From the NCBI GenBank assembly GCA_964413095.1, contig CAYPRJ010000001.1, positions 6,975 to 70,974 of the forward strand: 64,000 nucleotides of DNA, in the 5' to 3' direction. The DNA is from Candidatus Woesearchaeota archaeon (GTDB lineage Archaea > Nanobdellota > Nanobdellia > Pacearchaeales > GW2011-AR1). The position numbers and the translations under genes were made by a program. Below the pieces are notes generated by a model. That model was not told the DNA's origin, ran no database searches, and saw only the letters and a list, made by a program, of their open reading frames with translations. Of the stretch, positions 1-9,348 are shown in pieces (the first letter of the stretch is position 1; the number at the start of each line of letters is the position of its first letter).

Positions 1-987
1 CCATGGACTTTACCCCTTTTTATTAAAAATAAAATGATTAATCCCTTGGCTGCAGGATTAATGAGTTTTTTAGTTGATGGTTCTAGAACACTTTTGGTTG
101 CAGGAACAAGAAGTTCTGGGAAAACTTCTTTGCTCGGAAGTTTAATGTTAGAGATAATCCCAAAATACAGAATTATTGTTGTTGAGGATTCTTTAGAGTT
201 GCCTGTTGAATCTCTTAAAGATCTTAATTATGATATTTTAAGAATGAAAGTTCGTTCTGCTTTACTTAAAACTACAACAGAGGTTTCTGCTGAAGATGGG
301 ATTAGGACTAGTTTAAGATTAGGAGATTCTTGTTTAATTGTAGGAGAGGTTAGAAGTGTTGAAGCCAAGGCTCTTTATGAGGCTATGAGGGTTGGAGCTT
401 TGGCAAATGTGGTAGCAGGAACAATTCATGGTGCTTCTCCTTATGGGGTTTTTGACAGAGTTGTAAATGATTTAGAAGTTCCAGCTACAAGTTTTAAAGC
501 AACAGATTTAATTGCTGTTTGCAATCCAGTGAAAACTCCTGATGGATTGCATTCTTACAGACGTGTCATGCAACTTTCTGAAATAAGAAAACATTGGAAA
601 GAAGATCCTATCAGTGAAAATGGATTTGTTGATTTGTTAAAATATAATGTTAAAAAAGATGAGCTTGAAGCTACTGATGATTTAATGAATGGAGATAGTG
701 AGATTATAAAAGATATTGCTTCTAATGTAAAAGGCTGGGCAGGAAACTGGGATGCTGTTTATGATAATATTTTGCTCAGAGCTAAAATAAAAAAAGAACT
801 TGTAGATATTGCAAAAAAAACTGGCAAAGAAAAAATTTTAGAAGCTAATTTTAATTTACTTTCAAATCATATGTTTCATAAAATTTCTGATAAAGTTAGG
901 GAAGAAGTTGGTCTGCCTTTAAGTGAGAGAGTTTTTCCTGAATGGCAAAAATGGTTGAATGAAGAAATTAAAAAAAGAAAATTTTGA
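1..987 (+). CDS. Type IV pilus/archaellum-type secretion ATPase (FlaI/TadA/GspE family), C-terminal part; gene begins upstream of window
   Basis: Frame 1 is open from nt 1. Walker A-like GTRSSGKTSLLGSLM, Asp box/Walker B IVGEVRSVEA and His box GTIHGASP match FlaI/VirB11-family ATPases. The M at nt 34 is internal, not the start. Confidence 0.75.
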   Translation, partial: PWTLPLFIKNKMINPLAAGLMSFLVDGSRTLLVAGTRSSGKTSLLGSLMLEIIPKYRIIVVEDSLELPVESLKDLNYDILRMKVRSALLKTTTEVSAEDGIRTSLRLGDSCLIVGEVRSVEAKALYEAMRVGALANVVAGTIHGASPYGVFDRVVNDLEVPATSFKATDLIAVCNPVKTPDGLHSYRRVMQLSEIRKHWKEDPISENGFVDLLKYNVKKDELEATDDLMNGDSEIIKDIASNVKGWAGNWDAVYDNILLRAKIKKELVDIAKKTGKEKILEANFNLLSNHMFHKISDKVREEVGLPLSERVFPEWQKWLNEEIKKRKF

Positions 988-1020
988 AAGTTTTATAAAT
1001 AATATTTTCTTAGTCTGTTT

Positions 1021-1533
1021 ATGGTTGCAAGAAAAGAAATTAAGAAAAGAGTTGAGGATTATGAACGCAGAGCCAGAGTTAATGAAGAAAGAGCTGTTTA
1101 TTTGGGAAAAGGTACTAGAGCTCCTCCTCAAGAAAAAATAGATGAATTAATTAAAAAATCAACTTCTTATAGATTAAAAGCAGGGAATTATTGGTATTCA
1201 CTGGGAAATTTTCCAAAAGCAGAAAAAAATTATAACATGGCTGATAAATATTTACAGATGTATAAAAAAGGAAGTAAGGAATTAAGAGAAAAAATAGAAG
1301 GGAAATTAAATTCAGTAAAAAAGAATAAAGGATTATTATCTAAAATTTTTGAAACTAAATTTGTTGCATTTTTATCAATGATAGTATTTGGAGTAGCATT
1401 GGTTTCTATTTCTCTTAAAATGACTGGATTTGCAATAGGCAATTCAGAAAATATTTCTGCTTTTGTTAGTGTGGGTTTTTTTGTTATTGGCTTAGTTCTT
1501 GCATTTATTTATCTTAAGCATAAGGAAAAATAA
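1021..1533 (+). CDS. hypothetical protein with C-terminal transmembrane anchor
   Basis: 170-aa ORF with a charged N-terminal half and two C-terminal hydrophobic helices. It lies between the ATPase and the platform gene. Confidence 0.3.
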   Translation: MVARKEIKKRVEDYERRARVNEERAVYLGKGTRAPPQEKIDELIKKSTSYRLKAGNYWYSLGNFPKAEKNYNMADKYLQMYKKGSKELREKIEGKLNSVKKNKGLLSKIFETKFVAFLSMIVFGVALVSISLKMTGFAIGNSENISAFVSVGFFVIGLVLAFIYLKHKEK

Positions 1534-1582
1534 TTTCAAAACATTTATTAATAAATTTTCTCTTATAAAATAGAGGTGAATA

Positions 1583-1885
1583 ATGGTTGAATGGCTAACT
1601 TATGGATTACAAGTTGAAATTGTTACAATTGGATTGCTGATTTATGGACTGGCTGTTTTTTTAAGAGCTGTAAAACGTATTGATCAAGAATATAGGTTTG
1701 CAATTTTTTTAGTTTTGCTTGCTTTAATAATGGAAGTTATTCAGGGAACTATGGGAAGAATTCTTTTAACAAGCAATATAGGTGTTGAAAGTCCCCTATG
1801 GTTAGTATCACCTTTTGTTGGGGTTGTTGGAGCATATTTTTTAGTTTTAGGAGCAAGAAAATTTCTTTCAGCAAGTGAGAAGTAA
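1583..1885 (+). CDS. small integral membrane protein
   Basis: 100 aa, three hydrophobic segments, inside the pilus locus. Confidence 0.3.
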   Translation: MVEWLTYGLQVEIVTIGLLIYGLAVFLRAVKRIDQEYRFAIFLVLLALIMEVIQGTMGRILLTSNIGVESPLWLVSPFVGVVGAYFLVLGARKFLSASEK

Positions 1886-1930
1886 GTTTAACAATATATT
1901 TATTAATTGGTTTTATTTTTTTAATAAGAG

Positions 1931-4114
1931 GTGAATATGGCAAAATCTCAGAAGAAGCCAAGTGTTGATGATATTCTTAGAAAGTATGGGGCGAAGATAG
2001 AAGGAAAAATTAAGACTTCTGGTGTAAATCGAAAAGTAAAAACAGATTATAGCAGAGAGTATGTTAAATTTAAAAGTGAGATGGCTCCTGAACTTTCAAA
2101 ATTTGAAAAATGGTGTCATAGTCTTGGAAATATTTTAAAATTAAAAATTTCAGAAAAAGACGAGAAAAAAATTAAAAGACAGATTGAAATTGCACATCTC
2201 GACATAGAGCCATGGCAGGCATTGACTTTAAGTGTTGTTGCTTTTGCAAGTGTTTTTATTTTTGGTTTGTTGGCGTCTGTATTAGTAGCTTTAATTAGAG
2301 GAGGTATTTCTGAATTTCCTTTTTTGTTTTTCTTTTTAATGATTATTGTTTCTTTTTTTTCATTTTATATTGTTAATGGAATTCCTGCAAGGCTTGCTAA
2401 CAAGTGGAGACTTAAAGCTTCTTCACAAATGGTGCCAGCAATTTTGTATATTGTTATTTATATGAGGCACACACCCAATCTTGAAAGAGCAATTTCTTTT
2501 GCTTCTGAGCATTTACAATACCCTCTTGCTTTAGATTTTAAAAGAGTTTTTTATGGTGTTTCTGTTGGAAAATTTTCTACAATTAAAGAAAGTTTAGACA
2601 ACTACTTAGAGACATGGAGAGATTATTCTATTGAATTTATTGAAAGTTTTCATTTGATAGAAAGCAGTTTGTTTGAGCCAAATGAAGAGAGGAGAATTGC
2701 TTCTCTTGAAAAAGCTTTACAGGTTGTACTTGACGGAGTTTATGGTAAGATGCTTAAATTTACCCACAAGGTAAGAAGCCCTTTGACTAATGTTTATATG
2801 CTCGGAGTTGTTTTGCCGACTCTTGGTTTAGCTTTGTTGCCATTGGCTTCTGCAATGCTTGGAGGTTTTTTAAAATGGCATCATGTTCTTATTTTGTTTA
2901 ATCTTATACTTCCTTTTTTGGTTTTTTATCTTACAGATAAAATTATGTTTTTGCGTCCTGGTGGCTATGGTGAAACAGACTTATTAGAAAGAAATCCTCT
3001 GTATTCCAAATATAAAGATAACAGCCATTACACAAAAGCTTTTTTGATTTGTCTTCCTTTTTTGCTTATAGGTTTGTTGCCTTTAATTTTTCAATACACC
3101 CCAATTCCAGAAATTCTTGGTTTGCAAAGTGATTATACTTTTTCTAATTTAGGGTTGGGTCTTTTAGGAGATGAATCTATTTTTGGGTTTATAGAAACTA
3201 CTGAAGGTTTTAAGGGACCTTTTGGTGTTGGAGCTTTAGTTTTTAGTATGTTTATTCCATTAGGAATAGCTTTATTTTTTTCAACAGCTTTTAAGTCTAA
3301 GACAAAAGAATTAATTGTAGAAAGGAAAAAAACAAAGCAATTAGAAAAAGAGTTTAATAATTCTCTTTTTCAGTTAGGAAATAGAATAGGTAATGGGACT
3401 CCTCCTGAACTTGCTTTTGGAAAAGTTGCAGAATCTTCTCGCGGTTTGATAACAGAGAATTTTTTTAACAGAGTAAATTATAATATAAGGCAAATGGGTA
3501 TGAGCGTTGAGAAAGCTATTTTTGATCCAAAAATTGGAGCTATGAGATACTATCCTTCTGCATTAATTCTTACAAGTATGAGAATTCTTATAGAATCAGC
3601 AAAAAAAGGTTTAAAGATTGCTGCTAGGAGTCTTATGAGCATTTCAGAGTATGTAAAAAATATACAAAAAATAACTAGCAGACTTAAAGATTTGCTTGCA
3701 GAAATAGTTTCTGATATGAAAAGTAATATGACTTTTTTAGCTCCTTTACTTTCTGGAGTTGTTGTTGGTTTATCTATTATGATTACTTCTATTTTAGGGA
3801 AATTAAATTTAGCAAGTCTATCAGAAACAGATGTTGGAATTGGAAACTTAGATACAATTTTAAATATTTTTAATTTAGGAAACATGATTCCTCCTTATTA
3901 TTTGCAAATAATAATTGGTGTTTATTTAATTGAAATAGTTTTTATTTTAACAAGAACACTTGTGGCAATTGATTCAGGAGAAGATAAATTAGAAAAAACA
4001 AATAAAATAGGAAAAAATCTTATGAAAGGAATTACTCTTTATTTTATTGTAGCTCTTTTAGCAACTTTAGCTTTGTTTGTTTTAAGTTCTGTGGTTCTTG
4101 GAAATTTAGTTTAA
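1931..4114 (+). CDS. FlaJ/TadC-like polytopic membrane platform protein of type IV pilus machinery
   Basis: 727 aa with many TM helices and large cytoplasmic loops, immediately downstream of the FlaI-like ATPase, which is the canonical gene order. This is a family-level call. Confidence 0.5.
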   Translation: MNMAKSQKKPSVDDILRKYGAKIEGKIKTSGVNRKVKTDYSREYVKFKSEMAPELSKFEKWCHSLGNILKLKISEKDEKKIKRQIEIAHLDIEPWQALTLSVVAFASVFIFGLLASVLVALIRGGISEFPFLFFFLMIIVSFFSFYIVNGIPARLANKWRLKASSQMVPAILYIVIYMRHTPNLERAISFASEHLQYPLALDFKRVFYGVSVGKFSTIKESLDNYLETWRDYSIEFIESFHLIESSLFEPNEERRIASLEKALQVVLDGVYGKMLKFTHKVRSPLTNVYMLGVVLPTLGLALLPLASAMLGGFLKWHHVLILFNLILPFLVFYLTDKIMFLRPGGYGETDLLERNPLYSKYKDNSHYTKAFLICLPFLLIGLLPLIFQYTPIPEILGLQSDYTFSNLGLGLLGDESIFGFIETTEGFKGPFGVGALVFSMFIPLGIALFFSTAFKSKTKELIVERKKTKQLEKEFNNSLFQLGNRIGNGTPPELAFGKVAESSRGLITENFFNRVNYNIRQMGMSVEKAIFDPKIGAMRYYPSALILTSMRILIESAKKGLKIAARSLMSISEYVKNIQKITSRLKDLLAEIVSDMKSNMTFLAPLLSGVVVGLSIMITSILGKLNLASLSETDVGIGNLDTILNIFNLGNMIPPYYLQIIIGVYLIEIVFILTRTLVAIDSGEDKLEKTNKIGKNLMKGITLYFIVALLATLALFVLSSVVLGNLV

Positions 4115-4168
4115 GTATATCTTTTTTTATAAGAAAATTTAAAAACCTGAATTTAATTTTGAAAAGTT

Positions 4169-5302
4169 ATGAAAGGATATGATAGAGAAGAACAATTAAG
4201 ACAACAAGCATCTTTTTATGGGTTTAGAAAAAACCAGGAAGAAAAAGAAAGTATAAAGAAGCTTGTTAGAAAGTTATCTTTTGCCGGAGGAATAATATTG
4301 TTTTCTATGGGAGCTTGGCAAGCATCTTCGTCTTTTGTTGAAGAATTTAAGGAAAAAGAAAAAGATATCGCTAGACTTCAAAAATCTTATGATAATAAGA
4401 TTGAAGAATTTAAAAATTTAGAAGACAAAAACAAAAACTTAGAAAAAATTATTGAAGAGATTTTACCAAAATTAGAAAACAGGATAGCTAGTATAGAAGA
4501 ATCAGATCCTGGAATTATGTGGGATGCTGAAAATCTTATTAATAAATTAAGAGGGGGATATAATCAAGAGATTGATTTAAGAGAGTTAGAATCTTTGGTG
4601 ACAATTATTCCCAATAATATTACCAGAGCACAGCATACTTTGCTTGAAAGAAAACATGGAATTAATCTTTACAAACCCACTGAATCTTTTATAAAAAATC
4701 ATTTAGCAAATAATGGACATACTTATGTTACAAGTGAGCAAGGACAGAGAACACATGTTAAATTTAATGTAAATGAGTTAGATATTAGAGATATAGGAGG
4801 TAATTGGTTTTATATTGATGGGGAGCTTGGTTCTTGGAAAAAGGAAACTGTCAAAGGAATGAATGCATTTGTAAGGGATATTTTTCATAATGCAATTGAT
4901 TTATTTAATTCTTATGATAAAAGTATTTTTGTGAGGCATGAAGGGGAGATTGTTCTTTTTGAAGATTTTCATTCTGATGGCATTGAAGACCCTTATAATG
5001 ATCCTCTTGGAAGAAGTTGTATTTATGGGTTTGAGGAAGAAGGAAAAAAATATAGAGTTCAACTTTCTCATTTGAATGATGAATTACCTATAAAATTTAA
5101 ACCAGGAGACAAAGTTTATCCAGGAGATATTTTGGGAATTATTGGGAAAACAGGATTTGCTACAGGCCCACACCTTGATGTTAGATATTTTAAAAAAGAA
5201 AATAATGGGTGGAAAGAACTGATTTTATATTCAAATCGCACTTTTAATCCAGGAGAAAATTTTCTTTATGTTGACTGGATAAATAAGGACTGGAGAGAAT
5301 AA
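4169..5302 (+). CDS. M23 (LytM/lysostaphin)-like metallopeptidase with N-terminal TM and coiled-coil
   Basis: C-terminal GDKVYPGDILGIIGKTGFATGPHLDVRYF resembles the M23 signature G.TG.STGPHLHFE. An upstream HNAID gives an HxxxD motif at about 90 aa spacing. The second His of HxH is replaced by Asp. Confidence 0.55.
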   Translation: MKGYDREEQLRQQASFYGFRKNQEEKESIKKLVRKLSFAGGIILFSMGAWQASSSFVEEFKEKEKDIARLQKSYDNKIEEFKNLEDKNKNLEKIIEEILPKLENRIASIEESDPGIMWDAENLINKLRGGYNQEIDLRELESLVTIIPNNITRAQHTLLERKHGINLYKPTESFIKNHLANNGHTYVTSEQGQRTHVKFNVNELDIRDIGGNWFYIDGELGSWKKETVKGMNAFVRDIFHNAIDLFNSYDKSIFVRHEGEIVLFEDFHSDGIEDPYNDPLGRSCIYGFEEEGKKYRVQLSHLNDELPIKFKPGDKVYPGDILGIIGKTGFATGPHLDVRYFKKENNGWKELILYSNRTFNPGENFLYVDWINKDWRE

Positions 5303-5503
5303 TATCGTCTGCTTTGTTGAAAAAGTTGTTATTTTTTTGACTTATTAAACATTTTTTGACTTATTAAACAGAAAATTAGCTTCTTTGTTCGCAGATTGAT
5401 AAATTATTATTTGTGAGATTTTATTATTAGTTATTAATCGTGAGCTGAAAGCAAAAGCAATATTTTTTAACCAGATTTTAATTATTAAACAGAGTTAATT
5501 TTA

Positions 5504-5524
5504 TCTAAACATTTATTAATATCT
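5504..5524 (+). promoter_or_regulatory. conserved 21-nt promoter motif tctaaacatttattaatatct (BRE/TATA-like) 16 nt upstream of a pilin operon ATG
   Basis: An identical 21-mer occurs at 9312-9332 with identical 16-nt spacing to the ATG at 9349. A variant aaacatttattaataaat is at 1539-1556. Confidence 0.6.
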
Positions 5525-5540
5525 TCTTCTCTTTTTATAT

Positions 5541-5699
5541 ATGAGAAAAATAAAAAAAGGTGTTGTTTCAGAATATCTTCCTTGGTTATTAATAGCAATT
5601 GCAGTTCTTGCTATAGTTATGATTACTCTTTTTTTGCTGAAAGATAGGGGATTTTCTTTGATTGATAAAATAAAAGATTTATTTACAGGGGGCATATAA
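5541..5699 (+). CDS. small pilin-like protein (class III signal peptide candidate)
   Basis: MRKIKKG|VVSEYLPWLLIAIAVLAIV: basic N-terminus, then Gly, then a hydrophobic helix. The stop overlaps the next start. Confidence 0.35.
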   Translation: MRKIKKGVVSEYLPWLLIAIAVLAIVMITLFLLKDRGFSLIDKIKDLFTGGI

Positions 5700-5866
5700 T
5701 GGCAAATTTAACAGTTCCTCAGTTAATTAAAATTATTATTGGAATTGCTGTAGTTGTTGTTGTAATTCTTGGTTTATTTTTATTTTTTAAAGAACAGGTA
5801 ATAGATTTTTTTAATAATTTTATAGGAGAAGAACCTCAAAAGTTTTTTCTTAGTTTTTTAAAATGA
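5699..5866 (+). CDS. small membrane protein
   Basis: 55 aa with one TM. Its ATG overlaps the preceding stop (ATAATGG) and its TGA overlaps the next ATG. Confidence 0.3.
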   Translation: MANLTVPQLIKIIIGIAVVVVVILGLFLFFKEQVIDFFNNFIGEEPQKFFLSFLK

Positions 5867-6378
5867 GAAATAAAAAAGGATTTTTATTAGGAGAAGAAAC
5901 CCTGAAAATAATTTTAGCTTTAGTTGCTATTGGTTTTTTAATTTATTTTTTAGTTTCTTTATATCTAGCAAACAGCAAAAGTAAAGATTTGGAACTTGCT
6001 GAAGCATCTTTAGAGCATTTAATTGAAGAAATAAATTCAAAAAATAGTGAAATTGAAATTTATAATCCTGAAGGTTGGTGGATAATTTCTTGGCCTTATG
6101 AAGGGATTATTCCTAATTCTTGTTCTAATGTTGGCTGGGAAAATTGTGTTTGTATTTATAGAGGGGAATCAGGTATAGGCAAGTTTTTTAAAAATTTAGG
6201 AAGCAGAATGGGTTTAAGCAAAGATGAAAAAGAAAGATTAGCAATTATTGTAGATGATGAGGAAAGAGCTCTTTGTCTAGAAAGTGATTTTTCTTTTGAA
6301 ACAAACCCAACAAAAATACAAAATCCTCCTTTAACATTAAACATAGAATATAATGAGGAAATAATAATAACAAGGTAA
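5863..6378 (+). CDS. pilin-like protein
   Basis: MRNKKGF|LLGEETLKIILALVAIGFLIYFLV class III signal-like N-terminus, 171 aa. Confidence 0.4.
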   Translation: MRNKKGFLLGEETLKIILALVAIGFLIYFLVSLYLANSKSKDLELAEASLEHLIEEINSKNSEIEIYNPEGWWIISWPYEGIIPNSCSNVGWENCVCIYRGESGIGKFFKNLGSRMGLSKDEKERLAIIVDDEERALCLESDFSFETNPTKIQNPPLTLNIEYNEEIIITR

Positions 6379-6379
6379 A

Positions 6380-6484
6380 ATGGATTTAGATGCATTAATA
6401 AAATATTTAATATGGATTGTTTTTTTTGGATTAGCTTTGGCTGGGATGTATTTTATGCTTAAAAGATTTGGAGTAGTAGGATGA
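6380..6484 (+). CDS. small membrane peptide
   Basis: 34 aa (MDLDALIKYLIWIVFFGLALAGMYF...). The stop overlaps the ATG of the next gene. Confidence 0.25.
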   Translation: MDLDALIKYLIWIVFFGLALAGMYFMLKRFGVVG

Positions 6485-7257
6485 AAGTTAATTCAGGTAA
6501 AAAAGGTGAAATTTCAACAAGATATTTAATTATGATAATAATTTTAATTGCAAGTTTTGCTATAATTTTGTTTTTTATTTTTAGATTGAATTTACAAGAA
6601 ACAGGTGATAAAGAAATTTGCCATAATTCTGTTGTTTTAAAATCAAAAGGAAAAGGACTTGTGGGAGATTTGGATTGCAAGACAAATTATGTTTGTATTT
6701 CTGGAGGAAAAGATTGTGAGGGAATAAATCCTACTACTACAATTAAGGTTGATCCTAAAAACAAAGAAGAAATTATGAAGGCAATAGCAGAAGAAATGGC
6801 AGATTGCTGGTGGATGTTTGGGGAAGGAGAATTGGATTATTTAGGTTTAGGAGAAGAAGGACTCTCAAAAACAACTTGCGCAATGTGTTCTATTATTAAG
6901 TTTGATGAAAAGATATTAAAAGAAGATTATAAAATAACTTATACAGAATTTTATGAATATCTTAATACAATTAAAAAAGATGAATCTCAGACTTATTTAA
7001 CTTATTTGTATGATGTTTATAATATTAAAGAACTTCAGGAAAACTTTTTCTTAGATAAGGATATTGAGAAAAATTTTATTTTAACAAAAGATAGATATGC
7101 AATTGTAACAGGAGTAAAAAAAGGAGCTACAATTAAGGTTTTTGGAAAAGATATTAATTTGCCTTGGTTTAAGAGAAATTTAATTCCTTCTTATTATATT
7201 AAATCTGAAAGTTTAAGTGAAGAGTTGGGTTGCGATGAGTATGTTACTAAGGCTTAG
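6481..7257 (+). CDS. pilin-like / Cys-containing secreted protein
   Basis: N-terminal KKGE then a hydrophobic helix. 258 aa with multiple Cys pairs in the mature part. Confidence 0.4.
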   Translation: MKVNSGKKGEISTRYLIMIIILIASFAIILFFIFRLNLQETGDKEICHNSVVLKSKGKGLVGDLDCKTNYVCISGGKDCEGINPTTTIKVDPKNKEEIMKAIAEEMADCWWMFGEGELDYLGLGEEGLSKTTCAMCSIIKFDEKILKEDYKITYTEFYEYLNTIKKDESQTYLTYLYDVYNIKELQENFFLDKDIEKNFILTKDRYAIVTGVKKGATIKVFGKDINLPWFKRNLIPSYYIKSESLSEELGCDEYVTKA

Positions 7258-9253
7258 AAAGATACTCTTTAGAACGTTTTGTTAAGTATAGTAGACCATG
7301 GTAAGTATCTATACCTTCTTCTTTAAAACTCTCAATGAATTTTTTATTTAAATTAGGTAACATAAAGATGAAATTTCTTCCCATTCTTTTTCCAAGTTCT
7401 GAAACTTTTCTTATAGCTTCTTCTTCTGGGATGTTTTTCTTTTCATAACTTTCAACTAATTCTTCAATTGGAGAAATGAAATTTCTTTTAATAAATCCAT
7501 TTAATTCTTCTTTACTCATATTATAAAGAGTCCTTTGAAATTTTGCTGCTTCTCTAAAATATTCTCCAGATTTAGAGATGGGTATATCTAAAATTTTGTA
7601 GGGATCTTCATCATATACTTCGTTGAGATAAAATTCTCCTCCTATTCTTTTTTGGTAATTTATTAAAGAATCAAGATAAGCTCTTTCAGTGTTTATATCC
7701 AGTTCTTCATCTAATATAAATATTGGAACAAAACCCTTTGATATAAAGGCCATACCTACATTTCCGTATCCAGGGAAACCGAATGTCTCTTCTTTACCCA
7801 CCTTATTTAGAAAGTCCCACGCATCTGTATTTTCCTTAAACTGCCAAATTTCTAGTTGTAGCATATTTGGATCAGATGCTTTTAAGGATTGAATGTTTTC
7901 TGTGTTATATAAAGCAGCTCCTAGACCTATAAGGTTTAGTTCATCCAATTCCCAATTTTCTTCTCTCATCTTAGCTATTTCTCTTTTATTAAGGATGTAA
8001 GGAAGTGTTCTTCCTTCAATATCTTGGATAAGTGAGATTCCTTCCAACTCCTCTCCTTGCAAGAAATAATCCTCTAATGTTTGAGGTCCTCTTTCGGCAA
8101 GTTCCTTTTCTTGTTGAAAAAGAATTTTTGAGAAATTAACTAGGTTTGCATAATAATCATCTAAATTTTTGCTGAAAACTTTAGAGTTCATTCCAAGATT
8201 TGCTTCTAATCCTCCCAGCATTTTCCAAGATGATTTTTCAGAATTTATTGCTAAAGAACCTTCTATTTCTGCACTTGGTCCAGCAATGCCGTAAACTAAG
8301 AAGTTTAGTCTTGGTTCAACATATGCATTTAAATTAGAAATCTTAGAAAGTTCAGGAGGAGAGAAATTAAAAGAGTTTGAAAAATCACTATCTTTATCCC
8401 ATTTTTTATCTTTATATGAAACTCCAGCACTTATAGAATTTTCTTCTGTTATAGAAGTTTCTATTGGAGAAATACTTCCCTCTAATCCAATATATAATTG
8501 TAATTCTGGTTTTATTATTATTGGCAGAGGAGTTCCTGGGATTACTCCTGCATTAAAAGGGGGGAAATTATATTGAGCGATTTTTATTTCTTTATTTATA
8601 TCTTCGAGGGATTCAGAAGAATTTATTTCTAATTCATATCCAATATCAGATTTATTTCTAAAAGATAATTCTTTTAAGGAGTTGTTTTGAATGTCACAAT
8701 TTATAAAAAATTTTGAATAAAAATTGAAATTTCCGTTTGCAGTTATTTGGTCTTCTGTAGTAGTTTTGTCTCCATCAGCATCATATAAAACAATTTCTTT
8801 GAAATCGTGATTTATATTAAGAGAACCTGCTTCATGGTGTTTTTTAAATGTTCCTTCTTTAGTTTTAAGAATATATTCTCCTGAAGGAGGGGATACTTCT
8901 AATTCAAAAGATGCATTTTTTACAGCCTCTTCTAAAGTGGCATCTTCTATTTGTATTGTCTTTTTATCTTCAGAAACATTATTTACTTTTTTTAAAAGTC
9001 CATAAGGGGTTGAATCGCTAATTCCTGTAGAGACTATATCTCCTGTAGAAAAAGAAACAGGTTCTGAGAAATCTATTCTGTTTTCTCCCACTGATGAAAT
9101 ATTTTTAATATCCTTTTCTGACAAAACAAGAGTATAAGGAGAAAGTTCATTTTTTGGTCCCAATAATGAAGAGATTTCTTTTTGACATCCTGCAAACAAA
9201 ACAGAAGCTCCTAGCAAAGCTCCAGCGATAATATTTCTAAGGTTTTTCTTCAT
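7247..9253 (-). CDS. secreted lipoprotein of unknown function (possible pilus-associated adhesin)
   Basis: N-terminus MKKNLRNIIAGALLGASVLFAGC has a lipobox Cys after a signal peptide. 668 aa, embedded among pilin genes. Confidence 0.5.
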   Translation of the reverse strand: MKKNLRNIIAGALLGASVLFAGCQKEISSLLGPKNELSPYTLVLSEKDIKNISSVGENRIDFSEPVSFSTGDIVSTGISDSTPYGLLKKVNNVSEDKKTIQIEDATLEEAVKNASFELEVSPPSGEYILKTKEGTFKKHHEAGSLNINHDFKEIVLYDADGDKTTTEDQITANGNFNFYSKFFINCDIQNNSLKELSFRNKSDIGYELEINSSESLEDINKEIKIAQYNFPPFNAGVIPGTPLPIIIKPELQLYIGLEGSISPIETSITEENSISAGVSYKDKKWDKDSDFSNSFNFSPPELSKISNLNAYVEPRLNFLVYGIAGPSAEIEGSLAINSEKSSWKMLGGLEANLGMNSKVFSKNLDDYYANLVNFSKILFQQEKELAERGPQTLEDYFLQGEELEGISLIQDIEGRTLPYILNKREIAKMREENWELDELNLIGLGAALYNTENIQSLKASDPNMLQLEIWQFKENTDAWDFLNKVGKEETFGFPGYGNVGMAFISKGFVPIFILDEELDINTERAYLDSLINYQKRIGGEFYLNEVYDEDPYKILDIPISKSGEYFREAAKFQRTLYNMSKEELNGFIKRNFISPIEELVESYEKKNIPEEEAIRKVSELGKRMGRNFIFMLPNLNKKFIESFKEEGIDTYHGLLYLTKRSKEYLSKP

Positions 9254-9311
9254 TCCACCATATACTATTTTTTATATTTAAATATTATTATAGTCCTTTT
9301 CATTGCTTTTT

Positions 9312-9332
9312 TCTAAACATTTATTAATATCT
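9312..9332 (+). promoter_or_regulatory. second copy of the 21-nt pilin promoter motif
   Basis: Exact match to 5504-5524. The ATG at 9349 is 16 nt downstream. Confidence 0.6.
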
Positions 9333-9348
9333 TTGTGTTTTTTAAAAT

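Noticed and set aside
34-987. ATG at nt 34 as the start of the secretion ATPase
   Set aside because: Frame 1 is open from nt 1 and the Walker A box lies only ~25 aa after nt 34. FlaI/TadA ATPases have a ~200-aa N-terminal domain, so the gene must start upstream of the window.
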